Assembly (NCBI GenBank): GCA_951406725.2
Contig: OX597816.1
Coordinates: 85,808,001 to 85,872,000 of the forward strand
Direction: 5' to 3'
DNA from: Octopus vulgaris
Taxonomy: Eukaryota
Length of the DNA stretch: 64,000 bases
This document shows, piece after piece, positions 25,763 through 38,294 of the stretch. The notes beneath the pieces were generated by a model, which saw only the letters and a program-made list of their open reading frames with translations, did no database searches and was not told where the DNA came from. A program made the position numbers and the translations under genes. Each line of letters opens with the position of its first letter. Position 1 is the stretch's first letter.

Positions 25763-25802
25763 CCTGTTACTCTGAGTTTCCCGTTGCCGTTCATCGGACA
25801 GT
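25763..25802 (-). ncRNA. Minimal hammerhead motif at the 3' end of the PLE (core CCGAUGA)
   Basis: CTGT-CCGATGA-ACG(GCAA)CGG-GAAA-CTCAGAG-TA^ACAG; near-palindromic stem III ACTC-A-GAGT. Confidence 0.65.
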
Positions 25803-26991
25803 TTTTGCTAGAATGGAAAGGATATGTCAATTCTATCCAGACTATTACAAACGCTACACCTTTAAAATAATGGACTTGTTTGATTGGCCTTATAGAAATA
25901 ACGGTCAATCTTCGAGCGATAAACAAAAATGAACTCAAAAATATATATATGTATATATATAAAAATTATAAAAATTATAATATTCGAGGAAAAATCCTTA
26001 CATTGAATAAAATACATATTGACCTTAATGAAGGAAATATAATTAATACATGGAAATTAAAAGGCATTAAAAATATTACACCGCAATACATATTCATATT
26101 AAAGTATACATATATATATCAGCATACACAGAAAGATGCGTGCAAACCCCATACATATACAGACGTATAAATATAAAGCTAAAATATACACACAAATGCA
26201 TGTATACATATGTATACGCAATCTAGTTCGCACGCAAGCTAAAATTATGGATGTTAACGTAGCGTTCTTATTTACGAAGCAAAGCTTAAGACATGAGTAA
26301 GTGAGGGAGGACGTAAAGGTGCATGTCTCTATACAAGTATCGTATAGTTCGAGAAAAAAACGAAAGAAAGGAAGAGAGAGAAAAAAGAACGAAGAAGGGG
26401 GAAGGAAAAAAGAAAAAGGAGGGGTGGGGAAAAACGAAATAAGAAAAATTATGTATACAAGCTGTGTAACCACGTTATTGACATATATATAGAGACAAGT
26501 ATACAAACACACAAGTTCAAGTGGATACATACACATACAGTCGTGTATGTGTGTGCTTAAGCACAAACATACGCTCACTTACACATACACAGAAACGCAT
26601 GCTTACAAATACATATTCGTGGCTATACACATATTTACATCAAATTTCTAATTTTTGACAACATTGCTTTTTTAAAAAAATGGTGAGTGTAATAATGAAA
26701 ATTATACGAAAGACATGTAAAATATAACACCCTATTTCGGATCATCTATAAATTAAAAATCAAAGTAAGCCTATACAATATAATAACATGAAATAAACTA
26801 AGCCGAAGGTTTTTCCTAAGGAATATGTAGAAATAAAAACAAAATAAAAAATATATGCATGAGACTTTGCTATACGGAATGAAATCTGCATAGCGCGAAA
26901 CAAATCCATCGTTGCGTTTACATACTAGTCCAAGAATCAAAATCAAAATTAATTTCAAAAATCAAAAACACAAAAAGACAAAATATGTACT

Positions 26992-29082
26992 CTATCCATA
27001 TGGTATATTTATGTTTGACATTTTAAATTTGGTTGCGTGCCTGCATAAGTTCATCAGCTCACTTCTTTGATTAAAATATAAAGTTTCTCTAACAGGCAAA
27101 GGTTGCATTTAAAATTATTCCTGTGTGCTCCATGCTTGTATAGTGCCGCTCTGTCCAGAATGCTCCATCTCACGTTGAAAGGTGGTGTTTCCTTTTCTTT
27201 TAGTCCCCAGACATATTTTGCTAGGCTGGTCCTCTTCCTTTTTTCTGGGTATCTAAATGAATTTTTATGCGAATAAAATCGTGTTTTAAACGAATTTTCT
27301 GAAGCCCCTGTATATATGAGCCTTCTATTTGTACCTTGGCTCTATAAACTACTTCTTTTACTAGACATTTCCCTTCTAACGGACAGGAGGATTCATTTTT
27401 GAAATTACATTTCTTAATGGGCTCGGCACCATGTTTAATCTCAATCAGATTCCTATTATGCTGGCTAATGTAAGAGGCGAAATCTCTGCAACAAGAATAG
27501 CTAACCTTCAGGGTTCTTCTATTAAATATTCTATAGAATTTATGGTCCTGTTTAAAATGCTTAGAGACTAATCTCAAAAATTCCTTACCTATATTAGTCT
27601 TTACGGCCAAACTGAAAGCCGGGTTGAACCACAAAACTTTCCTGGTCCTAGGTCTTCGCGCAGCATTATTATCAGCATTAAGCAGGTTGTATTGGATCTT
27701 CTCAGAGAATCCACTATTCCTTAATGCGCTATCGTAATAAGGTGCAGCATTATGGAATGCTGCCTCGTCCGAAGAAATTGAAGATATTCTTCTACCTACA
27801 TGGCTGACTAAGTTCCTAAGGATAACTGGCGGATGGTTCGAATCTTTGCTAATATACGATAGCTTTTCATCGGGCTTACGGAAAGGTTTAAACCTATCCG
27901 ACCTTACATTAAAATTTACGTCTAAAAATGTACACTATTCATGTTAGCATCTATTGTAACCCGTAAGCCCATCCTTTGAAAGAAAGCAATAAGGTCCTTC
28001 CTAAGTCTATCTGATTCATGGCCGTTTAGATTATGTGTGGCTATAAGGCCGTCATCCCTATATAAACCTGCATCTATAAACGGGAATTCTATTTTTAGAT
28101 TATGAAGAATAAAGGCTCCTATGAGCATACATAACTCATCCCCCTCGTATGCCCTCATCGGTACATCGAAAAGAGAATCCTCACTATTCTTAATCCAGGT
28201 GGAAACCTCGAAAAAAAGAAGTGATTTCCTCGCATGCTTAATAATATCAATTTCCGAGGTATCGATGCTGACATACTGCTTGGCGAAGTCCAATGCCCTC
28301 AGAAGTAACGTCCTAGATATTGACGGGTACAAGTCAATAATATCGAATTGTGTAAAACTGCAATTATTCTTATAGCTAATACCTTTAAACCACTCTATGA
28401 GTGACTTAATATTCTTCCAAATTCTCAAGTCTACTTCACTATCTAACTTAGTTAAAATACGGTCCAAAATATTTTTGCTAATAATACCTATCTCAGTTTT
28501 AGACGGATTTATCAATCTACATTTGGGGTTTCTATTAAAATTGGTTTTATGGTCTTTTAGTGTTATAAAAGTTTGTCGTGGGGAAAGATATTCAATCCTA
28601 TCGCTAAACTTAAGATCGTTAGCTATTCCTCTTGCTTCTAAATTCACCTCTTTGCGTTATCTTTTTTGTATGTATCTGTGACACTATTCGAAATCTGGCG
28701 CATATAAACGTCCTTATCAAGTGCATATAAGTTCCTTGTCTTATCAGAATTACCGAAGATCTTATTCGAGTTGTTAATCTCCTTAATTTTTTTCTCTCAT
28801 ATTTCTCTGTAATTGGTTGCTATATTTGCGGAAATTAATTTTCCTAATAAGTTCGAAAAGGTCTTTCTCGAAGGCTTCTAATTCCGGAATAGGTGGTGGA
28901 TTTCTGGGAGATTTAAGTCCGTATTTGTTTCCGTCGGTTTTCTGTTTAGTATCAAAGAAGAAGGCTTTCCATCTCAATCTTAGAATAAATTCTTCCGTTC
29001 TCTCTATAAGACCTTTGAGATATTGCTTCCGTGCAGGGTTAGGTATATTTTTCTGAGAAAAGTCCAGCGGGTAAAGTTCCAT
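26992..29082 (-). pseudogene. PLE reverse transcriptase + GIY-YIG ORF with frameshifts and stops
   Basis: N-term FSQKNIP...RLRWKAFFF; ITLKDHK..F...PKCRLINPSK; FDIIDLYPSI; LYRDDGL; WFNPAFS; CPLEGKCL...VVY; YTG...FKTRFYSH; CNLCLLEK; CRH. Confidence 0.92.
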
Positions 29083-29173
29083 CTTTTTAAGCTGTTTGTT
29101 CTTCCTACTTGTGCAGAGTCGCTCAAACTTTTATAAGGAGCGGGTTACACCGGAGTAAACACATAAATGTGAA

Positions 29174-29226
<53 letters not shown>

Positions 29227-29228
<2 letters not shown>

Positions 29229-29419
29229 GACGCCATGATAGATCGTTAGCTCCTACACGCAGTTTTTTCTCTCCTTGTTTTTTTTTCTGTGTATCTTTCT
29301 GTCGAAGAGCGTAGGCTCGAAACGTAAAATACTTTTTCTATTCCTGAGCACTATACTAATACATTTGTTTGTTTGTACTCCACCTGCCTACGTCTTTTGT
29401 TTATTTTCGTAAACTTTCC

Positions 29420-29420
<1 letters not shown>
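29227..29420 (+). mobile_element. Solo 3' pLTR fragment of the Poseidon-like family with hammerhead motif (29291-29332)
   Basis: TTT-CTGTCGA-A-GAGC(GTAG)GCTC-GAAA-C-GTA^AAATAC; homologous to the reverse complement of 58870-59045; flanked by (TA)n. Confidence 0.75.
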
Positions 29421-29453
<33 letters not shown>

Positions 29454-29999
29454 ATAACGGGACTTTTGGACAGTAATTCATAAATCTTTTAATGCACTTT
29501 TGTATGTGTGTGTGTGAGTGTGTGTGTTTGTGTATGTGTGTGTGAATGTATGTGTGTGTTTGTATTAGACAGTACATTTGAAAACATGAAAAACAAGCAT
29601 ACGAGATGGTCCGATCAAGCCTTACAGGGATAGTATGAGATGAATTAATAATACTTCTCTGCGAGTACATATTTCGAAGTTTTTAAGCTGGATAAAATAT
29701 TATAAGCATATATTAGTATGATGTAGTACGTTCATCAATTTCGAGGGTAACTTATTGGTATTGAACCGACGTTAAACATGTAATATTCATTTAATATCTA
29801 TTATAGTGTAAACGCTCTAACATTAATTAATTAATAATACTTTCTGCAGTTAATTTAGATTAGCGTAGTCTTATATTTCGAATTATTCCTACACATATGC
29901 TGAATATGTGGAAAATTTCGTATGAGACTTGCGACTAATACATAAAAATTCAAGATAAATTTAGGATGTTGGGAAAACCATAGTATTGTCTTTCACGGA

Positions 30000-30547
30000 A
30001 TATCCTAATGCATTTACATTAATAAACACTATTTCCTCCAATTTCAGTAACAGTTGAACTGTAACAGAAAAACCATTAGCTCTGCAGCAAACAATCGATG
30101 CTCAATTCTAATGTCAGTAATGAAAGCGTTTCAACTCAGCTTGGAAGAAAAAAAGACCCGCTTTAGTGAATCGAAAAGGACAATGTGCGACCACACGCTG
30201 CAAAATCTCTTCAGAGAAGATAGAAGAACTGGGTTCGGGAAAATTTCTCTTCCACCTTATTCTCCCGACTTTGCTCCTTTAGGCTACCATTTGTTTCGTA
30301 GTTTACAGAATCATTTGGGGGACATAACTTTCGCAAGCCAGGAAGTCGAAACTGACATTTCAGAGTTTTTCACTTTGAAACCAAAAGAGTTTTTCACTGA
30401 TGTGATTAAAAAGCTTGTAAATAGATACAGGGAAGTTATAGATAATCAGGGAAAGTACATTGATTATTATATTTCAATTAAATATAACATTTGACCACTT
30501 GTTTTCTTTATTCAAAATTCGGACAGAACATATGGGATGACCTGATA
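30000..30547 (+). mobile_element. mariner transposase C-terminal relic with 3' TIR
   Basis: LPPYSPDFAPLGYHLFRSLQNHL...LVNRYREVIDNQGKYI; TIR-like cggacagaacatatgggatgacctga-TA. Confidence 0.85.
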
Positions 30548-30590
30548 TAATTACATTATTTGTGAAGTCGTGTGTTGCAAAACTCGACAC

Positions 30591-30813
30591 ATATTGTTAT
30601 ATTTCATGTCACGGAATGGTCATATTGCCAGTTTAGCCAATAAGAAGAAGAAGAAGAAGAAGAAGAAAAACACACGCACTATATATTTGGTGTTATTTTT
30701 TGCTTCAGTGATATTTATAATTTTTACATTAATCTTAATCTTATTTCTGGCCAGTTCTTTCGTCACACTGCTGTGTCATGTCTGTAAACATGAATCAGAT
30801 AATAATGGTCCTT

Positions 30814-30855
<42 letters not shown>

Positions 30856-31734
30856 CTCACTTACTTGTGTCTCTCCTTACTAACGTATAGCCATTTTGTA
30901 TTTTTACATTAATCTTTCTATTGTATGTCTTCATTTGTCGCATGCTTATATCTCTATGTGCGTCTATGTTTATTTAGTGTCTATGGGGGGATGCCTGTAA
31001 TATTTGTATCTTCTGGTTATATACATTCTTGTAATTTGTATTTTGTTTTTGTTGTTGTTGCTTTTGTTCTAATTTTGTTCATGTGTTTACATCCACCCAT
31101 TATTATCATTACATATGCTTGTATGTATAGTATAACAACAATATTAGTAATAATAATAATAAATCTAATCGAAAAATAAAAAAAAAAAAAAAAAAAAAAA
31201 AGAATATACATATACATATGTATATGTATATTCTTTTTTTTTTTTTTTTTTTTTCGATTAGATTTATTATTATTATTACTAATATTGTTGTTATACATAC
31301 ATACAAGCATATGTAATGATAATAATGGGTGGATGTAAACACATGAACAAAATTAGAACAAAAGCAACAACAACAAAAACAAAATACAAATTACAAGAAT
31401 GTATATAACCAGAAGATACAAATATTACAGGCATCCCCCCCCACACACACTAAATAAACATAGACGCACATAGAGATATAAGCATGCGCAAATGAAGACA
31501 TACAATAGAAATACAAAATGGCTGACGGTTAGTAAGGAGAGACACAAGTAAGTGAGAAGAAAACAAAGGACCACTGATGCGGTCACAGGAGTGTGACGAA
31601 AGAACTTTGGCCGAAATAAGATTAAGATTAATGTAAAAAATAAATATCACTGAAGCAAAATAACACCAAATATATAGTGCGTTTGTTTTTATTGGCTAAA
31701 CTGGCAATATGACCATTCCGAAATATAACAATAT
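30591..31734. repeat. ~1.1-kb spacerless palindrome of a pLTR-like sequence
   Basis: Perfect palindrome at 31201-31234 (axis 31217/31218); arms align outward ~500-600 bp; hammerhead-like motif at 31568-31612. Confidence 0.9.
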
Positions 31735-31739
31735 ATATA

Positions 31740-32235
31740 TATATTTATACAGTAAAAGTAATTAAGATTCAAGTGAGTTCTGTTGAATTCACATGTATGA
31801 GGTACTTAACTTAGATGCACCAGAAATCTATATGGTATTAACCATAAGATAATGCGGGGTGATTATAAGCAAGAATAAAGCAACAAAAATGGATCAATAT
31901 TGTTTCGTACGAAGACACCTTTATTAAGGCTGCAAATATTGCAGCAAATACACGTGGCCCGTACTCAACAGATGAAAAAACATCTGAGTTCTCAAAACAT
32001 CTAAGGGGGTGAGGCTACACTCATGAAACATTCGGGATAGTTCTATAAAAATCAGATTTAGATGATAAACGGAGATCCAACGTTCTCTAATGTTGCACAG
32101 TCAAATAACAGGCTTTAAAAAAGTATTTAAAAAAACCTCTTCGTTTCACAGAAATTGAAAATGTAAATCCATCCATAATAATGATGAATGTTTGAATTCT
32201 GGAGATATGAGGAGAGATTTCATACTCACAGACGA

Positions 32236-32240
<5 letters not shown>
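31740..32240 (-). mobile_element. Diverged pLTR fragment related to the 14522-18066 PLE
   Basis: aacttagatgcacc...ggggtgattataagcaagaataaagcaac...cccgtactcaacag...gagttctc...gaggctacactcatgaa aligns to 14522-14690 and to the reverse complement of 17810-18066. Confidence 0.8.
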
Positions 32241-32279
<39 letters not shown>

Positions 32280-32283
<4 letters not shown>

Positions 32284-32397
32284 CCTGCTCGCTTAGCCAG
32301 CGGGGTGGCGTCATTCGAAGGCCAAAACAATGCGAACGCATTGTGACCAGCGATGTTTAACAACATCTGATGATCTGGTCGGTCACGTGATCACCTG

Positions 32398-32398
<1 letters not shown>
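32280..32398 (+). repeat. ~120-nt GC-rich structured repeat in (TA)n (copy 2)
   Basis: Homologous to 14372-14500. Confidence 0.75.
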
Positions 32399-32453
<55 letters not shown>

Positions 32454-32455
32454 CG

Positions 32456-33307
32456 AAACTAAAGCATGCAAAGTGAAGCCGCTTAGCACAGATTGACCGT
32501 GAATTCGGCTGTGCATGCGCACTAACTTTTAACGTTCTAGCTCACTTCCGCTGTTCACAACACTACTTGCAAGGAAGGTGTGTAGCATATGATGATCGTC
32601 GCATTGAAAATGACTAAGTTGAGCAAAGAATCTGCTTCAAATTTTACCTGAAGTCTGCGTTGCGATACCTACTCAGGGACCAATGCAAAATTTTCAAAAG
32701 CTTTCATCGTTCTCGACACAATCAAGAAGATGTGCAACTGAAACCCTAGTGTCTGTTTAGTCACCTGAAAGTAGTTTTGGTACAAACTTGGCAGACACGC
32801 CTCTCATACCTAAATCTTCAGTAATAATGGATTGAACTGAATCGTACCTATTCTGCACATATTCTGATAACTCACAGATGGCAATTCGACGATTTTCCCT
32901 CACAGCTGCATGCACATTCGCGATGTTTTTCTTAGGTCTGCTGGCTGCGGGTCTGCCAGAACGTTCGTCACTACTAACATGGTCTCGGCCATCTTCGAAA
33001 CGTCTGAACCACTCGTACACTTGTTTGCGGCTCATATACTCCTCTCCAAACATTTTATGAATCTTTGCCTCGGCCTCTGAGCAGGTATAGCCATGACAAA
33101 TTTCTCCGTCATGGAGAATGCGGCGAACACATGCTACGCACCTTTCTTCCAAGCGCTACTGTAAACAGTGAAAATGAGCTGGAATGTCAAAACTAAGATG
33201 CATGCACAGCAGAGTTCAAGGTCAATATTTGCCAAGTGGCTTCATTCCGTGTGCTTTAGCTTTGTTACTATGGCAACAGTCCGGATACGTATTGAACAGA
33301 CCTCGTA
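32456..33307 (-). mobile_element. mariner relic made of two inverted 5' halves
   Basis: Minus ORF ...MSRKQVYEWFRRF...ERSGRP...SAKFVPKLL (HTH and WVP-like motif); TIR TA-CGAGGTCTGTTCAATACGTATCCGG at 33307; 32456-32700 is a plus-strand homologue of the same 5' region. Confidence 0.85.
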
Positions 33308-35109
33308 TGCTATTTCTGTGATTTTTAAGTATAAAGACATACAGGCACGCACATTAAAACACAACACAAACACACAAACACAACACACACTCACTAACAT
33401 ACATGCACACACAAATATTATGCTCCTACATCCCGTTAGGGACGTAGGAGCATAATGCTTTGAACTTGTTGCATGTACTTATTTAAAAGGTTTCAATATA
33501 ATGAGAAGGGAAGTAAGTGACCAATTATATATTTTCAATGTCGATGTCACGTAATCATCGCTATATTTCATCCTTAAGTGTTCTGTATACGCTACTAACT
33601 AGCTCTTCGCTTTAAGTGATTTATCTGATCAAGTGTTGGATGTGGTAACATTACAAGTGTTCGGTGTTGTAAAGTATTTCTGGAAATGAATGTAACGTTG
33701 AAGATTAATATGATACCATATCAGAGGTAAGTGTTATTAAGTAGAAATAGGCAAAATTTTTCAAAGTCAGTTTATGTAGCACATTGCATTTCTACTCATC
33801 ATTCTTAGAAACACTGCGGTTGTTATTGCCCTATTGGTCGGTATTTTGCTACCCCCGATTAGTTGCAAATAATTTTGGCATAGTATAAAGCAGATATATT
33901 CTAAATTTATTCCTCAAGTGTTAAGTTTTTATGATCAGTAGGTTGCTTGTAATGAGCTTTGTATTTCCAACAGATCCTCTGCCTTTGTTAATTTACTTAG
34001 ATATTGTGAAATACACATTAACTAATCAAACCTGCGTGTAAATAACATCAATGTATTGGTTACTTTGTAGCGTAGACCTTAAAGTTTAGCGTTCAACGTC
34101 CATGAAAACGAGCGATTCGACGTGATGTAATATACCTTAATCATTGTAGCACTTTCATAACCATTCCGTTCGAATTAGTTTTAAGCAGGCTTAGTCGCGA
34201 GAGTTAATATTTTTCATGATATTAGTATGGATTATTAGATATCTCTAAAGAAATGTCGCTTATAAATGGTTTTAAGTTTTATTTCAAGGTATAGGTATGC
34301 TACTTATGCTGAGTTGCTTGCAAATTCAGTCCGGACTGTACTTTATTCAAACATTAAGGCCATGCACCACCACTACAAGTTTTCTGAAGATATAGTATAA
34401 TTAACTGGTCTTGTAATATTTGGTAGAGTGGCCTTCAGCGTCTTGCGATATACACAGTTTTTTTCTAAATTGGTTTACGTTCACGATGTTAAAGACATCG
34501 CCAGTGATATTAAGGAGGGTCATTCTTCAATGGTTGTTGTCCACCCGTCTACCTCTTTTGCTTTTGTAATGAGTCTAACTTGAACGCATCAACACCTCAC
34601 TTTTAGTTAGAAAGCCCTACACGTCCTACTTTCAGAAAGAAAAGACTTAGTCGATTTAATCTTTTCTGTAATCATTGAATTGTTGAGTTTTTAACTATCG
34701 ACATCTGGGGCTGTTTTGTTTTTGGCATCATCGTTGATTGTTGCTTGGTGGTGAAGAAGGCTAGTGGGAGAAGAATATGAATGAAAACAGTGGATTATAT
34801 AATGCATGCAACGTAACTAGTTTGCATAGTTACATCGCTGTGTTGCAAAAGAAATTACAAAAAAGACTCCCAATTTTATAGCATAGCAAAAACGGAATGT
34901 TGAATAAGGTTTCAAAAGTTTGTATTCTCATGGAAGCGACGAACACTCAATAAATAATGAAGATGAAAAACCTTCGTATATTTTTATGACACGCGTTTAG
35001 GGATGGATGAAACAGCTATTTTCCAAATTAAATGTGTATAGAAGGGATTTTGTGTTTAATACCTGAATTAATATGTATGACATTATGAAAATTTGTCTGT
35101 TTCCTGCAG

Positions 35110-35134
35110 CCATAGCACAGAGAGGAATCATCAG
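35110..35134 (+). other. Candidate 25-nt microexon
   Basis: tttgtctgtttcctgcAG|ccatagcacagagaggaatcatcag|GTAAAA in unique sequence. Confidence 0.3.
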
Positions 35135-35404
35135 GTAAAAGTGTTTCAAATGTTACAGAACACTTTACCGATTCGTTCTTCTATTAAGTGCATGAGAAGT
35201 AGATGTAGACATGGCGATAGTGAAGTTGATTAGATAGCAGACAGTTTGTTATATCTATATTTCTACTGTCACATTATATATCGTTGCAACTTCAACGTTG
35301 ATAATGAGAATAATTATGACTGATTTTTAAATAGGCATTTTTCCACGCCTCTTCTAGTTTTCCACTCTGGTATTTTTACTTTATTCAACATCATTTATTA
35401 ATAA

Positions 35405-35620
35405 TCCTTTTTTATTAAAGGTACCAGGACAGAAATTTCTGGGAGGAAATAGTCGATTACATCAACTCCAATACTCAACCGGTACTTATTTTTATCGACC
35501 CCAAAAGGATGTAAAGTAAAGTCGACTCCCGGATGAATTTGAACTCACAACGTAAAAACGGACGGAATGCTTCTAATCATTTTACCTGGCGTGCTTACGA
35601 TTCTGCCAAGTCGCCGCCTT
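35405..35620 (-). mobile_element. SINE family B, near full length
   Basis: ggtacttatttttatcgaccccaaaaggatg...gtcgactc...atttgaactc...ctgccaagtcgccgcct. Confidence 0.8.
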
Positions 35621-35769
35621 ACATCATTTAATAATAACACCAACTAAAACAAAAGCAATGATTAAAATTATTATTAATGATATTCTTTTCTTCTCTAGGC
35701 ACAAAGCCCGAAATTTTGGGAGAGGGGGCCAGTCGAGTAGCTCGAAACCAGTACGCAACTGGTACTTAA

Positions 35770-37030
35770 TTTGGCCATAATTGTTACATTCACTTGTGTC
35801 GCTACACCTTCCATTTCTCTTTTAAATCTTTGTAACATAATGTTGGAGTTCTTTGCTCCATATTTCTGCCTAGAAATTTCTTGCTCCTTCAGCATTTGGC
35901 ATATCATTTACTTGATGATCTTTTTCATTGTTCAATTGTTCATAGAACTTTCTTTCGTCGTTCTTGATGAGTCTAATCTGCTAGTACTGATTTTTTCCCT
36001 TGGTACCTGTTTATTCCCGACACTGTTTTGATATTTCTATTTAGTTCTTCTTTAACAGCTTCTTTCTCTCGCACTTCGTTCATGTCTCTCTCCTTCGTCC
36101 TCTTCTTCTCTATGATTGTATTTACTAGTCCAAGATCTCTTTCGAGCAGTTTAATTTGATTATCAAGCTTTCGTTCCCACCATGGAGATTTGACCTTTGT
36201 CTTTCTTTCCCTTGAAGCCATAAGCCTTTCTACAACGATCGAGATTGCGCAGTATACAATACCCTTTAAATCAGTCAGGTTTCCGATGCAGATTTTCGTA
36301 AACAGTTCGTCCAAATTTTTCACTACAATATATAGTTTTCGATTCTTCTTATTTGGGAGCTTATTTCTTTCGCTATTTCGTGCCTTATTCGGGTGTAGCA
36401 ATTGGCGTCTTTCTTCTTCTGTAAACTCTTTCCCTCCACAAAATTAAATTTACCTTCATCCGGACAGCTGTTTCTTTTGTGTGGATTTATTAGCCCCTCT
36501 TTTAATCCCTGTTCTTTTCCTGCTTTTAGCTCTTCATGTTCAGCGTAGTCACGCCCACAGCCTTTCACTATTGGAGAGATCTTCACTTCCAGATGAGGAT
36601 AGTCACAAGCTTTTGACGATTAAATTCTTTTGGTATCAAAAACTTGTTTCGTGATAAGGAAGATGACTTTTCTGCCATTAAGTTAATGCCATCTATTCCG
36701 GTGTTCAATTTTGATAGGTTCACTTCTGTAATATCTTTTCACTACAGTTATATTGTAATTTTGAATCCCTTTTCTCCCAATATTTGTAACAAAACTTGGG
36801 TAGCGACCAAATACTGCGCAGTGAGGCCCTTGCTGTGCGAGAGACCTTCTCTCGATGTTTGAGCCACCTGAGTACACTTGTGATGATTTTTCTGTGGCAT
36901 TACACTCCTAAAGAGGACTATGTTGGCGAGGGGTCACAACAACAAGTATTTTAATTAACGCCATATATCAGGAGCTGCCAGCTCAGGCTAAAGAGGTCAT
37001 CTTCCCTCTGTGGTCGATTTAACCCATGAA
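35770..37030 (-). mobile_element. R4/Dong-type LINE 5' fragment, decayed
   Basis: ...LTDLKGIVYCAISIV...SPWWERKLDNQIKLLERDL..., resembling the N-terminal region of the 50595-53310 element. Confidence 0.65.
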
Positions 37031-37186
37031 AACTTTCTGTTAGTTTCGTTAGCGACTTCAGATAGAGAGAGGGAGAAAAAGAGCGAGAGAGAGAGCAAAA
37101 GAGTGAGAGAGAGACGGAGGAGAAAAGGGAACACAACAGATTTTACTAGCTTAAATATTTTGTAAAACAAGACTGTCCTTACAGAT

Positions 37187-37251
<65 letters not shown>

Positions 37252-37882
37252 AGAAGACGTAGAGGAGGGGAGGGCACCATGAGGTTATAGCATTACAAGA
37301 AATAGGTTGAAGGTAATGATTAAGTATGCGAATTGTGAAATTCACCTGCGAATTCTTAACTTCAAAATAAATAACATGAAAAATACCAATGCATGCGAGT
37401 ATGTAAGACGAAGTAAAATGCATGTGAATTAGATTTTTCTTGTGTGTTTGGTTGGGTTTAATTTTGTTCGTGATTGTGTGTGAAAGCGATTCAATTTCTC
37501 AATATACCATAAAAGGTGTTGCTGCGTTTGATCATGCGAATCTTTGCTTAAATTCAGTTGACTACTTCTGTTCGTAGTTTGTGATTATGGTGCGCTTATT
37601 AGTAAATAAGAGTATCCAAGGCTAAAGTTTCTAAGCGTATAAAATTAAAATTGCATCTTGATGAACAATACTTCATATTGCATATGTGCGTGTACGTTAA
37701 TTATAAGCTTATATATATTACACATACAAACAACGCACGCACACACACACACACGCACACGCGCAAACACACACATACATATTTGCGACGGTCTTTTTTC
37801 AGTTTCTGTCTACCAGACCCACACTCTAGGAGCTGGTTGGCCCGGGGCTTTGCAACGCACGGAGACTGACTCGAAATCGTGT

Positions 37883-38294
37883 TATTTCTTTATTGCCCAC
37901 AAGAGACTAAATATAGAGGGGACATACAAGGACAGACAAAGGGATTAAGCCGATTACATTGACCCCAGAGCGTAACTGGTACTTAATTTATCGACCCCGA
38001 AAGGATGAAAAGCAAAGTCGACCTCGGTGGAATTTGAACTCAGAATGTAACGGCAGACGAAATACCTATTTCTTTACCACCCAGAAGGAGCTAAAACACA
38101 GAGAGGACAAACAAGAGAGACAAAGGGATTAAGTGGATGATATCGAGACCAGTGGGTAACTGGTACTTATTTAATCGACCCCAAAAGAATGAAAGGTAAA
38201 GTCGACCTCGGCGGAATTTGAACTCAGATCGTAGCGGCAGACGAAATACCGCTAAGCATTTCGCCCGGCTAACGTTTCTGCCAGGTCGCCGCCT
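37883..38294 (-). mobile_element. Internally duplicated SINE family B copy with 18-bp TSD, nested in a family A SINE
   Basis: TSD ACTGACTCGAAATCGTGT at 37865-37882 and 38295-38312; two ~185-bp tandem units; host SINE pieces at 37785-37864 and 38313-38355. Confidence 0.88.

Noticed and set aside
37030-37068. CTGAAG-TCG..CGAAAC motif upstream of the R4-type fragment (minus strand)
   Set aside because: Incomplete core and no UH site; could be chance.
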